Shown here: piece after piece, positions 31,646-41,806 of the stretch
Position numbering within the stretch: position 1 is the stretch's first letter
Layout of the letters: each line of letters begins with the position of its first letter
NCBI GenBank assembly: GCA_964372855.1
Contig: CAYJRY010000003.1
Coordinates: 848-51,720 of the forward strand
Direction: 5' to 3'
Length of the DNA: 50,873 nt
Source: an uncultured Gammaproteobacteria bacterium
Lineage (GTDB): Bacteria; Patescibacteriota; Microgenomatia; Levybacterales; UBA12049
The notes under the pieces: generated by a model
Databases searched by the model: none
What the model was told of the DNA's origin: nothing
What the model saw: the letters and a program-made list of their open reading frames with translations, nothing else
Program-made: the position numbers and the translations under genes

Positions 31646-32555
31646 TTGAGGGAGTTTTTATTTTCTTTACTCTATAGCGTTTATATAGAATATAAATTAC
31701 AATAATGGCTGCAACTAAAGGAGAATAAACTGCGAGCCAGATTAGAGCTTCGGCGCCAATTCGCAAGGTATTTAAGAGACTTCTTACAGCGTGTTTGAAA
31801 ACAACATCGGGTCTAAATACTTTATCTGGAGTATATGGAAGTGCTAGCTCATCTGTTGAGAGATAAATAGTAATTTTTGTAAGCTTCGCGTTTTTCTCAA
31901 TTGCAAGTTTCTGTCCAACAAACGCATCAATCTGTGACTGGATATTTATAATTTCTCGATTAACAGTTAAAATATCCGCAACATCAGTGGCTTTATCCAA
32001 AATTTCCTCAAACTTAGCTTTGGTTTTTTGAAGAGTAGATAATCTTGCTTCAATATCAGTGTATTCCTCTGTTACATCAGTTCCCACCAAATTTTCACTC
32101 GCTACTTTAACAGCCAGACTTCTGAAATAATAAAGGGCTTGGTCTAATTTATCTGTAGGTACTCTTACAGTTATACTTGCGAAAGGAGATTCAGTTGGTC
32201 TTGTATAAGATGTATAAACCAAATATCCGCCATTACTTTTTACATATTCAAGTATTTGATCTCCAATTTTTCGAACATCCTCAACAAGAAGTGAGATATT
32301 AGATTCTTGAATTACAATTCGATTTCCCGAAAAATCATTCGATTCTTGAGTTTTTAATTGAGAGAATTCAGGTACCCCACCTTCGCCCATGTTAGGCAAT
32401 TCTTGTCTACTGTAAGGTCCATAGTCAATTGAAGGAGTAGTAAATAAAGGTCTTTGTGGGAAAAGTAAAATATTGTCTTTGAATAAAAGGTAGATAATTA
32501 CTAAGACAAGAAGAGAAATTAATTTATGTGTTTTAACCCAATTAAATAACGCCAT
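31641..32555 (-). CDS. DUF4349-like membrane-anchored protein
   Basis: N-terminal and C-terminal TM segments flank 'SLLVEDVRK..VRVPTDKLDQALYYFRSLA.V.SENLVGTDVTEEYTDIEARL..L...KAKFEEIL', which follows the DUF4349 pattern. Confidence 0.65.
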   Translation of the reverse strand: MALFNWVKTHKLISLLVLVIIYLLFKDNILLFPQRPLFTTPSIDYGPYSRQELPNMGEGGVPEFSQLKTQESNDFSGNRIVIQESNISLLVEDVRKIGDQILEYVKSNGGYLVYTSYTRPTESPFASITVRVPTDKLDQALYYFRSLAVKVASENLVGTDVTEEYTDIEARLSTLQKTKAKFEEILDKATDVADILTVNREIINIQSQIDAFVGQKLAIEKNAKLTKITIYLSTDELALPYTPDKVFRPDVVFKHAVRSLLNTLRIGAEALIWLAVYSPLVAAIIVIYILYKRYRVKKIKTPSN

Positions 32556-32628
32556 TTATTTTAATATATCTATTATATTTTTAATTTGCAAGAGATACGC
32601 TCTGACTTTGCTATAATATTTCAAGTTT

Positions 32629-33450
32629 ATGAAAAAGATTTTAGTGTTTATTCTTCCAATACTTATATCAATAAGTATCTTTTTGGGTATCATATATTAT
32701 TTTGAATTAGGCTCAAGAAAAGGAGCTCTTCAAGTTAATTCCACTCCCAAAAGTAAAGTTTACCTGAATGATAAACTGGTTGGGGAAACACCTTTGTGTC
32801 TGTGTAAAGACCCAAATCTTCTAAAAGTGGGAGATTACACGATTAGACTTACTCCAGCAAATAATCTAAATCCATTTGAGGAAAAAATAAATATCAACAA
32901 ATCTACAGTAACCGTTGTTGATAAAATCTTTATCAATAAGAGTAATTCTGAGGGAAGTATTGTCTCCCTTTCTCCAATAAAAAGTAAGGATGATGCTGAA
33001 ATTATGGTCGAAACATTACCTTCGAATGCAAATATTTTTTTGGATGAAAAACCAGTTGGTATATCAAATATAGTCTTAAAAAATGTCGACGCTTCGGATC
33101 ACGATCTTAGAATTACTCATAAAGGATATAAAGATAAGTTACTAAAAATTAAAACAACCTTGGGTTATAGATTAGTCTCAAAAGTTTATTTGGAGGCAAT
33201 GCCAAAGAATGAAGTCGCGACTAAATCAGCATTAATCTCAAGGGTATTAATACTTGACACGCCAGTTGGATTTTTAAGAGTAAGAGAATCAAGTTCTTTA
33301 TCGTCTACTGAGATTGGTAAAGTTACGCCAGGAGAAATTTACGAATTATTGGATGAGAAAGAAGGTTGGTTTGAGATTAAACTAAGCTCACCCTCTGGGG
33401 CTATAACGAGTGGCTGGATAAGTTCTACATATGCTGAAAAACAAAAATAA
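32629..33450 (+). CDS. Exported protein with two PEGA-like domains and a C-terminal bacterial SH3 domain
   Basis: 'LQVNSTPKSKVYLNDKLVGETPL' and 'VETLPSNANIFLDEKPVGISN' are PEGA-like. 'GFLRVRESSSLSSTEIGKVTPGEIYELLDEKEGWFEIKL' is SH3b-like. Confidence 0.65.
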   Translation: MKKILVFILPILISISIFLGIIYYFELGSRKGALQVNSTPKSKVYLNDKLVGETPLCLCKDPNLLKVGDYTIRLTPANNLNPFEEKININKSTVTVVDKIFINKSNSEGSIVSLSPIKSKDDAEIMVETLPSNANIFLDEKPVGISNIVLKNVDASDHDLRITHKGYKDKLLKIKTTLGYRLVSKVYLEAMPKNEVATKSALISRVLILDTPVGFLRVRESSSLSSTEIGKVTPGEIYELLDEKEGWFEIKLSSPSGAITSGWISSTYAEKQK

Positions 33451-34395
33451 TTAAGAACCAATAAGGTAGATTATAGAAATAACTAGAAAAACCCAAATTA
33501 TAACGGTTGCTAGAAGAGGTTTATCTGAAAGAAGAACTCTTTCCGGACTTTCTCCCTCATGCTTTTCATATATATCTTGTAAATATCGCATGAGTCCATA
33601 CACAACAGGAGCAATGGTTATCATCAGCCATTTTTTGTGGAAAAAAGCTGGCAAAAAATCTGGCAGAAGAATGTCAATGTTTATTTTAAATCCAATTGGG
33701 TTTTCCAAAAAAGTAAAAAGTGAGTAAGAAATAAATGTGGATGTTGCAAATACCGAAGCATAGACATCAAGAAGCCTATCAGAATAATGAGAAAGTGTTT
33801 TCCTGATATCGGCAATATTCAAAGATTTGTTTTGAGAAACAAGAGTTAACTCAGACCTTCGCTTGCCGATTGCCAAAAAAAGTGAGAGTGATATTGTTGT
33901 CAAAAGAAGCCATACAGAAATATGAAATCCACCTGCTAGCGCTCCGGCATAAACTCTTAGGATATAACCGCTTGCAATAGCTAGGATATCTATAACAGCT
34001 AATGTTTTAAGAATAGTTGAATAAAAAAATTGAATGAGTAAATATATGATTGATAAGATGAAAAAAGTAGGATTTATTGTTATGGCAACAGTCAATGATC
34101 CGATTATTAAAACTGTTGCGACTAAACGGGCATAGTTTAGAGATAAATCATTATGCGCAAGAGGCCGAAATCTTTTAAACGGATGAAGTCTATCTTTTTT
34201 TATGTCAAAAATATCATTTATTATATAGCTTGCCGATGATAAGCCACAAAAAACTAGAAAAGCTAAGATAGTTATTTGTAAATATTTGAAATTGAAAAGC
34301 TCTCCAGAGAAGGTTATTGCTGCAAAAATTGCAAAATTTTTTATCCATTGCCTAGGCCGAGTAAGTTTTAGCGTATAGTAAAATAATTTCGTCAT
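33451..34395 (-). CDS. UbiA-family prenyltransferase, decaprenyl-phosphate phosphoribosyltransferase (DPPR synthase)-like
   Basis: 'RPRQWIKNFAIFAA' N-terminal signature and 'NDIFDIKKDRLHPFKRFRPLA' (NDxxDxxxD), with ~8 TM segments. Both resemble the Rv3806c-type subfamily, recognised from memory. Confidence 0.75.
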   Translation of the reverse strand: MTKLFYYTLKLTRPRQWIKNFAIFAAITFSGELFNFKYLQITILAFLVFCGLSSASYIINDIFDIKKDRLHPFKRFRPLAHNDLSLNYARLVATVLIIGSLTVAITINPTFFILSIIYLLIQFFYSTILKTLAVIDILAIASGYILRVYAGALAGGFHISVWLLLTTISLSLFLAIGKRRSELTLVSQNKSLNIADIRKTLSHYSDRLLDVYASVFATSTFISYSLFTFLENPIGFKINIDILLPDFLPAFFHKKWLMITIAPVVYGLMRYLQDIYEKHEGESPERVLLSDKPLLATVIIWVFLVISIIYLIGS

Positions 34396-35423
34396 ATGTT
34401 TTTTTTAAGCACTCGATTTAGGAAAAGCAATGTACCCAGAACAACAACCATAAGCATTATTATTGCAAATAGTTTTCCTTTACTAGACAGAATAAGAGCG
34501 AGTGATCCCAATATAGCAGAGTTTGTCCAGTAAAACAACGCAATGCCTCTTTGACTTACACCAATACCTAGCAATAAGTGATGGAGGTGTTTCTTATCAT
34601 GCCAGAAAGGTGAGCGTCCGGAAAGCAAACGTCTGATAATCGTGAAGATTCCATCTGTCATAGGAATTCCCATTACCAAAATAGCAGTTGCTAATTTAGC
34701 CCCAGAAAGTATAGAGGCTGCGCTTAGAAGAAGATAGACTGCAGTTGCACCATAACCCGGAAATATACGTGCAGGATAAAAATTGAATATTAAGAAACCT
34801 AACGCTGCACCCGCTATAATAAAGGATAAATTTGCACTTAGCATATTTGCGTAATCAAAATTAGCAAACCTTAGACTTAAAATTCCAATTACAAAAGCTG
34901 ATATTGCAACAATTCCAGGCATTTGACCATCCACACCTTTACTCCAATTCAACATGTTCATCACCCAAACTATCCAGAAAATTGCAAGGATATCAGAAAG
35001 TGTAAAGATCGTGACTTTTATTGAATCTAAATATATTATCCCACCAAAAGGATTAGTAATATAGGGAATACTAATTCCAGATAAAACAACAATTAAAGCA
35101 GAAGCTATATTAGCTACAAATCTAGCGTACGGAGAGATATCGTATAGATCATCCATTATTCCAACAATTAGCGAAATTAATGAGGCTACAAAAAGAGCAA
35201 TTGTAATTTTTGTAATTGGAAGGAAAAACAAACAGGTTACAAAAATACCCAGAAATAAGGGAATTCCTCCCCCTCTTGGTATTGGTTTTGAGTGTATAAC
35301 TGCCGGATGTTTGCGTTTGCCTGGATCATCAAGTAAACCAATTTTTTTAATTATTTTTATCGATAAAAATGTAAGTATTACAGTTAACAGAAAAGAAACA
35401 AAAAAGGCAAGCTGCAAAGTCAT
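34392..35423 (-). CDS. Polyprenyl-phosphate sugar-1-phosphate transferase (MraY/WecA family, GT4)
   Basis: 'IMDDLYDISPYARF', 'NMLNWSKGVDGQ' and 'FNFYPARIFPG', with ~10 TM segments. 4-nt overlap with the UbiA-like gene. Confidence 0.85.
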   Translation of the reverse strand: MTLQLAFFVSFLLTVILTFLSIKIIKKIGLLDDPGKRKHPAVIHSKPIPRGGGIPLFLGIFVTCLFFLPITKITIALFVASLISLIVGIMDDLYDISPYARFVANIASALIVVLSGISIPYITNPFGGIIYLDSIKVTIFTLSDILAIFWIVWVMNMLNWSKGVDGQMPGIVAISAFVIGILSLRFANFDYANMLSANLSFIIAGAALGFLIFNFYPARIFPGYGATAVYLLLSAASILSGAKLATAILVMGIPMTDGIFTIIRRLLSGRSPFWHDKKHLHHLLLGIGVSQRGIALFYWTNSAILGSLALILSSKGKLFAIIMLMVVVLGTLLFLNRVLKKNI

Positions 35424-35424
35424 A

Positions 35425-35790
35425 TTAAAGAATACGTATTATAGTTCTTATTATAAAAAGAAAAGTGAGTAGCGAAATAAGAAGAGTTGTTCCAGCTAAT
35501 AAGCGCGATACAAGGGGTATGCTTTTATAAATTAAACTTGATGTAATTAAGTTTATAACAAAGAATAGTACTGAAATAAAAATAGGAATAAATATTGTGA
35601 GAGTTATACCTAGTCTTTCTTCTCCCCATGGGAGTTGATTAAAAATGGGGATAAATGGAGGTAAATGATTATAAAAAAAAGCGGTGAATATAAATGCAAT
35701 TATTATAACCACTAGAGACATTAAAAATCCCCAATTTGTAGTTTTATCTTCTATAACATCTTTAAAAAATTCTTTCATAGACTGATGCAC
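35425..35790 (-). CDS. Small polytopic membrane protein, unknown function
   Basis: Three to four hydrophobic segments and no recognisable motif. Embedded in the glycan operon. Confidence 0.4.
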   Translation of the reverse strand: MHQSMKEFFKDVIEDKTTNWGFLMSLVVIIIAFIFTAFFYNHLPPFIPIFNQLPWGEERLGITLTIFIPIFISVLFFVINLITSSLIYKSIPLVSRLLAGTTLLISLLTFLFIIRTIIRIL

Positions 35791-37237
35791 CGTTAATATT
35801 TATTTTATTGAAATATTCAGATAAGGAGAAAGGATAAGGTTTCTGATCGGGCATAATTATAATAAATTTAGGTTTTGTTTTTTCAAGCGCAACTTTAGTC
35901 GTATATAGTCCATCTTTATAATTTGAAATGTGATACTCAACAATATACTTTGTTGCGGGTGCAACATTGGATAATTTGTATAATTGAGCATTGTTTCCCC
36001 AAATAAAGATTGAGTCATCTTTGTTAAGCTTGGGCTTTATGAAAAATGAAATTTCATAATCAATTGTCGTATTTTTATCAAAAAAAGAATAATAGGACAT
36101 GGAGTTAATATTACCAGAAATATAACCCACGAAATTTAAATAGTAAAGAAATGTTTTTTTTAAGCCAAAAAAATTAAAATTTGTGAGTAGAATTATTAGA
36201 ACTAATAATGTAATAACTATAATTTTTTTTTGATATTTCCTGTCAACAAATAATTCTCCAAGCATAAGTGATAAACTAGGCAGTAAAACAATCATGTAAT
36301 GGGTGTAGGGACGCTGAGAGAAAAGAGCATTGAAAATGGAAAATGTCAGCCAAATTAAAATAAATAGTAAAGACTTGGTAAGATGTTTTTTTCTTACGTA
36401 AAGATAATAAATTATTGATATCAAGATTATAAACTTAAGAAAAATTAATAAGGGGATATTTCCTAGAATGGTATTTTCATAATTTACATAAGATATGTTT
36501 GACGTAAATACTGCGAAAATAAAATCAGAAAATGCTCCTTTATACAGGAAATATATTGATGTAATAACTATTGGGATAAGGAGACTAACAGTAAATAGCT
36601 TCAGTTTTGAAAGAACAATTTGATTGGATTTTGTGTTAACAAATAAATAAAAAGTTAAAAAAGCAATAAAATCAAAAATCGCAACAGCCTTAAAAAGAAA
36701 AGCAATGCCCAAAAGGAATCCGGAAATTAAAAATTTTAAAAACTTACCGTTCGATTGAACTGCACTATAGACTAAAAGCGAGGACAATGTAATTGGTAGA
36801 AGCATAAAGTTTTCTGCGTTTGCGATATTTCCTTCAATTAAAGGAAGGCTGAAAAATAAAGCAAATACCGAGGTTGCTATAAAACAAGCTATTTTGGCTA
36901 ATTTATGGTCCTCATAAACCCTTCTTGCAAGATAGAAAAAAGAAGTGACTGTAAAAATACCAAAAATTAATGATAAAAGTCTGACTAGAAATTGATCAGA
37001 CTTCAGAATTGAGTAAATTATATATAGCAATGGTAGTTTATTATCAAATATTTCTTTATATAGTATTTTCCCTTTATTTAGAGCAATACCAATTGATTGA
37101 TAGATTCCTTCATCTCCATACCAGTATGGTTCATAGAGAGAAGGGAATCTAAGTAGGAAAAATATGAGAGTTATAAAAAGCAGAAACCAATAGCTTACAT
37201 TATCTTTAAGTGCTTCAATTCCTTTCATGAAGAGCAA
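35762..37237 (-). CDS. GT-C fold membrane glycosyltransferase
   Basis: 'LRFPSLYEPYWYGDEGIY' is a first-loop acidic motif. About 11 TM segments and a soluble C-terminal domain. Confidence 0.6.
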   Translation of the reverse strand: MLFMKGIEALKDNVSYWFLLFITLIFFLLRFPSLYEPYWYGDEGIYQSIGIALNKGKILYKEIFDNKLPLLYIIYSILKSDQFLVRLLSLIFGIFTVTSFFYLARRVYEDHKLAKIACFIATSVFALFFSLPLIEGNIANAENFMLLPITLSSLLVYSAVQSNGKFLKFLISGFLLGIAFLFKAVAIFDFIAFLTFYLFVNTKSNQIVLSKLKLFTVSLLIPIVITSIYFLYKGAFSDFIFAVFTSNISYVNYENTILGNIPLLIFLKFIILISIIYYLYVRKKHLTKSLLFILIWLTFSIFNALFSQRPYTHYMIVLLPSLSLMLGELFVDRKYQKKIIVITLLVLIILLTNFNFFGLKKTFLYYLNFVGYISGNINSMSYYSFFDKNTTIDYEISFFIKPKLNKDDSIFIWGNNAQLYKLSNVAPATKYIVEYHISNYKDGLYTTKVALEKTKPKFIIIMPDQKPYPFSLSEYFNKININGASVYERIF

Positions 37238-38731
37238 CTATAGTTTTTCTGTGACTTTATATTCAATTTTTTTACCAATCATTAAACGGGTATGAGAAAT
37301 AAGTGCTGGGAGAGTTGAAAGAAAGAATCCAACTACCGGGAGAAATAGAAATTCTAGAAGAAATAAAAATTTTCTCAATCTGGAAGCTGCAGCGTTTTTT
37401 GGTCTATTTTGGAAATCAATAAATATCATGGCAAAAGTTGCGACCAAACAAAAAGTCAAAATAATTCCTGCTAAACTAGGTAATTTATAACCCAGTGTTG
37501 TTCTTGAAAAGACCGGGTTTATTAAGGGGATGATATTTGCAGCCACTGTGATTACAAACCAATTTACAGGCCAGAGAAAATGATCCAAAAGAACATGGAA
37601 AAGCATTATTGTCTTTCTGAAAAAAGGAACATTGGGAACTGTTAGCCACCATTTGATAAATAGCGGATCATCCGATACTCCCCATGACCAACGCTGTTCC
37701 TGTTGGTATTTACTTTTTAGGGTTTTCCAATAACTTGAAGAACGAGGTGAATCCATGGATGTTTTTAAAAATATCGGCTCAACCCAAGCTTGGCCATGAA
37801 GTTTGTAAAAAACTTTAAAGAATATTCGATAGTCTTCAGGAATTACATCGGTATCCCAAAACCCGACTTTTTTAAGAAGGTTAAAAGATAGCGAATATGT
37901 TGAATTAGATATAAGCCTATCTCCCTGAACTAAGACCGCTGTTCTCCACAAACTTCCAAAAAATGCAATAATACGAACAGGAGCAGGTATTTTCCAGAAA
38001 TTGTTATGATACACATTTGCCGACTGCCAAAATTTATTATATGGATGGGGATCAGTTAAAAATTTGTATGTTAAATATGAAAAGTATTGTTTGTCAAATA
38101 TAGAGTCAGCATCAACTGATGAAACAGTTGTAAAATTTAAATCTAGGGTATCATCTCGTAAAAGTTTTTGATAAATCATTTTGGCAGCATAAGATTGATT
38201 TGAAGATTTACCTTTTACTTCTCCTTGAATGTCCGGGTGATATGTTGCTAAAATAGCACCGAATGTGTTTTTGAATTCGTTAATCAAAATATTTGCTTTT
38301 TCTTTAGCATTTTTTTCTCTCTGTTCCATTCCTAGAACAACTAAAAGACGTTTTTTAGGAAATGTTTGATTTGAAATTGAGTAAAGAGTATCTCTTAGCT
38401 TTTCAATAGATTCAGTAAAGTTAGGAATTATTATGACATGCGTAACTCTTTCAAAGTTACTAAGTTTCTTTGCTTTTTCCAGCCAATTTTCTTTTTCGGA
38501 GTCTCTTATTTTTTTTGATGCTATATATGCAGAAATTGCAAGAGAAAAAGATTTATATAGCCAATATACATCAAAAAACAATATAAAATATGCAACAACA
38601 AAAGGAATAGTTAAAGATCCCCAAATAGGAAAAAGAATGAGAGTCCAGGAGGCAATACCTGGAAACATCTCCAGAAACCTTTGCGTTTTGATTGGATAAC
38701 GTGTAAAAATTATCTGAAAGAATTTAGTCAT
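37238..38731 (-). CDS. Membrane-embedded family-2 glycosyltransferase (processive synthase type)
   Basis: 'HVIIIPNFTES..', 'SSVDADS' (DxD) and 'QQEQRWSWG' (the Q(Q/R)xRW motif of cellulose/chitin/hyaluronan-type synthases). TM segments lie at both ends. Confidence 0.75.
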   Translation of the reverse strand: MTKFFQIIFTRYPIKTQRFLEMFPGIASWTLILFPIWGSLTIPFVVAYFILFFDVYWLYKSFSLAISAYIASKKIRDSEKENWLEKAKKLSNFERVTHVIIIPNFTESIEKLRDTLYSISNQTFPKKRLLVVLGMEQREKNAKEKANILINEFKNTFGAILATYHPDIQGEVKGKSSNQSYAAKMIYQKLLRDDTLDLNFTTVSSVDADSIFDKQYFSYLTYKFLTDPHPYNKFWQSANVYHNNFWKIPAPVRIIAFFGSLWRTAVLVQGDRLISNSTYSLSFNLLKKVGFWDTDVIPEDYRIFFKVFYKLHGQAWVEPIFLKTSMDSPRSSSYWKTLKSKYQQEQRWSWGVSDDPLFIKWWLTVPNVPFFRKTIMLFHVLLDHFLWPVNWFVITVAANIIPLINPVFSRTTLGYKLPSLAGIILTFCLVATFAMIFIDFQNRPKNAAASRLRKFLFLLEFLFLPVVGFFLSTLPALISHTRLMIGKKIEYKVTEKL

Positions 38732-39531
38732 ATATTAAATATCTTTCTAGCATTAATACTTGTTTGTTCAGACACTTTTAGAAATGATTCTTCTTTAAGA
38801 TTAGCTATAAATTTACCTATAAGTATAACATATTCTGGCTTGTTTTTGGTTCCTCTTAGAGGCTGCGGTGTTAAATAAGGGCTATCTGTTTCAGTCACGA
38901 TTTTATCAAGCGGAGTGTATTTTACAAGTTCTTTTAGCTCAACTGTTTCTCCAGGCGGCAGTCCTTTATAAGTGATATTCCCATCAAATCCTATATAAAA
39001 ACCCAAGTTAAGAACTTTTTTAAGATAATCTAAATCTCCTGACATACAATGAAACATGCCGGGAGGGTTTAGTAAACTTGATTTATGACTTAATAGTATA
39101 TTAAGAATTTCCGCTCCTGCATGGCGATTATGTATTTGAAGCGGTAATTTGAGTTTATAAGCAAGCTCGATTTGTTTAGTGAATACATTCTCTTGAATAT
39201 TTGGATCTACAATACCATTCGATTTGTATCTAAAAAAATCCATGCCAATCTCTCCAATTGCCACTACTTTTTTCGAGCTTTTAGCGAGTATCTCGAGTTC
39301 TTTCTCCCAACCTTCCTCTAATTTATCTGCATGATGGGGATGAATACCAATAATTGAATACAAATTTTCGTATTTATTTGCTAGCTCAACAGCTTTTATA
39401 CTTGAATCAATTTTGGTACCAACATTAATAATCTTACTTACGCCAGCATTGAATGCACTTTTAATAACTTCATCGTAGTCTTTTTCGAATGCATGAAAAT
39501 TCAAATGACAATGAACATCAACCATATCCAA
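38728..39531 (-). CDS. tatD: TatD-family metal-dependent hydrolase/DNase
   Basis: 'VDVHCHLNF', 'GEIGMDF', 'IHNRHA' and 'TETDSPYL'. Confidence 0.9.
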   Translation of the reverse strand: MDMVDVHCHLNFHAFEKDYDEVIKSAFNAGVSKIINVGTKIDSSIKAVELANKYENLYSIIGIHPHHADKLEEGWEKELEILAKSSKKVVAIGEIGMDFFRYKSNGIVDPNIQENVFTKQIELAYKLKLPLQIHNRHAGAEILNILLSHKSSLLNPPGMFHCMSGDLDYLKKVLNLGFYIGFDGNITYKGLPPGETVELKELVKYTPLDKIVTETDSPYLTPQPLRGTKNKPEYVILIGKFIANLKEESFLKVSEQTSINARKIFNI

Positions 39532-39734
39532 ATATTATCAGATTTCTTTACACTTTTTTTACATAAACTTTGTTGAATATATATGTGCGCATGAGAGTAT
39601 CTGAGCATATGAATAATATAGATATACTTCTTACAATGGGAAGTATGGCAGCATTTTATATCCTTTTTAGATTGCAAAATAAGGCGGGATAAATTATGAA
39701 AATACCATTTTTAATAAAGATAAAACGACAGGAT

Positions 39735-39764
39735 AAAAAGCAGTCAAATCAAAGACTGCTTTTT
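39735..39764. terminator. Perfect 11-bp stem hairpin, likely the terminator of the glucan phosphorylase gene
   Basis: aaaaagcagtc-aaatcaaa-gactgcttttt, about 80 nt downstream of the minus-strand stop at 39847. The A/T tracts on both sides allow either orientation. Confidence 0.5.
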
Positions 39765-39846
39765 AAGATCTGTAGAGAGCAATTTAAAAAATTGGTAAGA
39801 CTTGGGCTAGATATCCCTATAACTTCGCCCTCATATTAGTAAGTTT

Positions 39847-41727
39847 TTAAAATTTTGAAGGAAAACCAAGGTTTATATAATCTGCCTCCATTCTCGCGCC
39901 GGAAATAATAGGAAGATAAGCTGCAAGTTGCTGTGTTATATAATCTTTCCATGCATCATCCGAATCTTGTATATTTGCAGCTTTTCTCATTTGTTGATAT
40001 AAAGAGTCTACCTCATCATTATAATTATCCCCGTTAATCTGAAGATAACTAGGTCTAAAATTGGAATTTCCTTTTTCTTCAGCTTCTACTGTTAAATCAG
40101 CAATTCCTCCATCATCAGTTGAAATTAAAATAACATTATTAAGTATATCTTTTTCCCACGAAGTTCCGCACGCTTCAGTGGTAATTCTTCTTCCTCTTGA
40201 GTCTTTTACAACTGGTGTATTAATAGATATATCTGCTCCATGAACTAAAACTCTAGCTAAATCTTCGTCATAATTTTGTATAAAATGCACTCTTTCTTTA
40301 AGAACTGGATTTTTATCAACTATATCTAAGATCCTTTTGAGTTCAAAGATCATGTTTGTATCTGAAGGGTGAGCATTCCCAGCCATAATAAGATGACTGT
40401 TTTCCTCTTTGAGAATGTTTGCAAGTTTTTCTGGATGTTCAAACAACATACCCGGTCTTTTATAGTCTGCAATCCTTCTTCTCCAATTAAAAATTTTGGC
40501 ATCATGCGGAATATTCACTACATTTCCATATTGATCTTGTCTTTCCTTCAGAGCTTCAATCAGTCTTATTTTTGCAGCTTTTTTTATTCGCCTTAGTTCC
40601 GAAACATCTATATAGTTTATATTTTCAACAAAATCTCGCATTGGTAAGTCAAAATCATCAATAACCCCGCTTCTTCTGTATAATTCTAAAATATCTGGGT
40701 CTCCCCAACGCGTTAATGATATGCCATTCGTTACTTCTTCAAACTTAACTTCATTACCATCATAATCCTTATAAGCCCTACTTGCTTCTCTTGCATGCGC
40801 TTTACTAACTCCATTCTTTTTGCTGGATAAATCAATAGCAAGAGTACTTAGTTTTATACTTCCTCCTTTTCCATGGATTTTATTTCTTAACCATTGTTTA
40901 ACTTCAACGCTTGTTATATTTGGAAAAACAAAATGCTCAAATTGTCTTAAATCAAACTCTGCTTCAGCTGCTTGAACAAGGGTATGATTTGTATAAATGG
41001 TTTTTTCTTTATTCTCAATTAAGGCTTTTGCAAATATCGCTAAAGGCTCGGCTTCAGGATGAGTGGATTTTAATTCTTGCACTCTGGCATCTAACCGAGC
41101 TAATGCAGCAAAAACAGTGGGAGCTTCATTCAATTGCTGATTCATCGATGGTTTTACTCCTAGCAAATTCAATGCTTTCCACCCTCCAAAACCTAAAGCT
41201 ATTTCTTGATAAAATCTATGGTCGCTGTTATTAAAATCTTGATATAGCTCCCCAATATTAGGTTCCGAAACAGTTAATATTGTTACGCTACCCTCTTTTT
41301 TTACGAAAATTCCCAAGGGGACTTTATCGTGAACTTTAGTTCGTATCTGCGTTTCTCCAACCTTGTTAAAACCTCTTTCTTCAGGAGTTATTCTTTGTCT
41401 TGTTTCTTTTTGTTGAAAATTTTCTATTTTATGAGACCGTTCCAGAGTATAAAATGGTGTTACTACTACCATTGGAATCTCAAGTTTTTCCGCAATTTCT
41501 ACAGTATCTGAAGCCAACATGCCAAGCCCGCCTTGCCCCTTTATATCTTTTCTATAAATTTCCATAGTCCAATACGACCAAGGATTTTCCGAAGTTATAA
41601 TTTCTTTTAATTCACTTCTTCCTATTCTATCCAAAAAAACAGGGAATCTGCGGGTTTCATGCGCTTCGACGAAAGAACCTTTGAAGACTTTTGTATCTCT
41701 TCTTTCTAAGGCCTCAACAGAAGGCAT
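39847..41727 (-). CDS. glgP: Alpha-glucan phosphorylase family protein (GT35)
   Basis: 'TIYTNHTLVQAAEAEF', 'NGVSKAHAREA' and 'TEACGTSWEK' (equivalent to the EASGTSxMK PLP-lysine motif). 626 aa. Confidence 0.8.
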   Translation of the reverse strand: MPSVEALERRDTKVFKGSFVEAHETRRFPVFLDRIGRSELKEIITSENPWSYWTMEIYRKDIKGQGGLGMLASDTVEIAEKLEIPMVVVTPFYTLERSHKIENFQQKETRQRITPEERGFNKVGETQIRTKVHDKVPLGIFVKKEGSVTILTVSEPNIGELYQDFNNSDHRFYQEIALGFGGWKALNLLGVKPSMNQQLNEAPTVFAALARLDARVQELKSTHPEAEPLAIFAKALIENKEKTIYTNHTLVQAAEAEFDLRQFEHFVFPNITSVEVKQWLRNKIHGKGGSIKLSTLAIDLSSKKNGVSKAHAREASRAYKDYDGNEVKFEEVTNGISLTRWGDPDILELYRRSGVIDDFDLPMRDFVENINYIDVSELRRIKKAAKIRLIEALKERQDQYGNVVNIPHDAKIFNWRRRIADYKRPGMLFEHPEKLANILKEENSHLIMAGNAHPSDTNMIFELKRILDIVDKNPVLKERVHFIQNYDEDLARVLVHGADISINTPVVKDSRGRRITTEACGTSWEKDILNNVILISTDDGGIADLTVEAEEKGNSNFRPSYLQINGDNYNDEVDSLYQQMRKAANIQDSDDAWKDYITQQLAAYLPIISGARMEADYINLGFPSKF

Positions 41728-41806
41728 ATTTAATAAATATTATTGCAGAATTATTTATCATATATTCTTTCATAAAATACTTGACGACAACCTGACAAAT
41801 CTAATT

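Noticed and set aside
33448-33453. Convergent genes whose stop codons abut with no gap (33450/33451; also 43965/43968 and 14709/14724), considered as a possible anomaly.
   Set aside because: This fits the extreme gene packing seen throughout the window. No additional structure was seen at these junctions.
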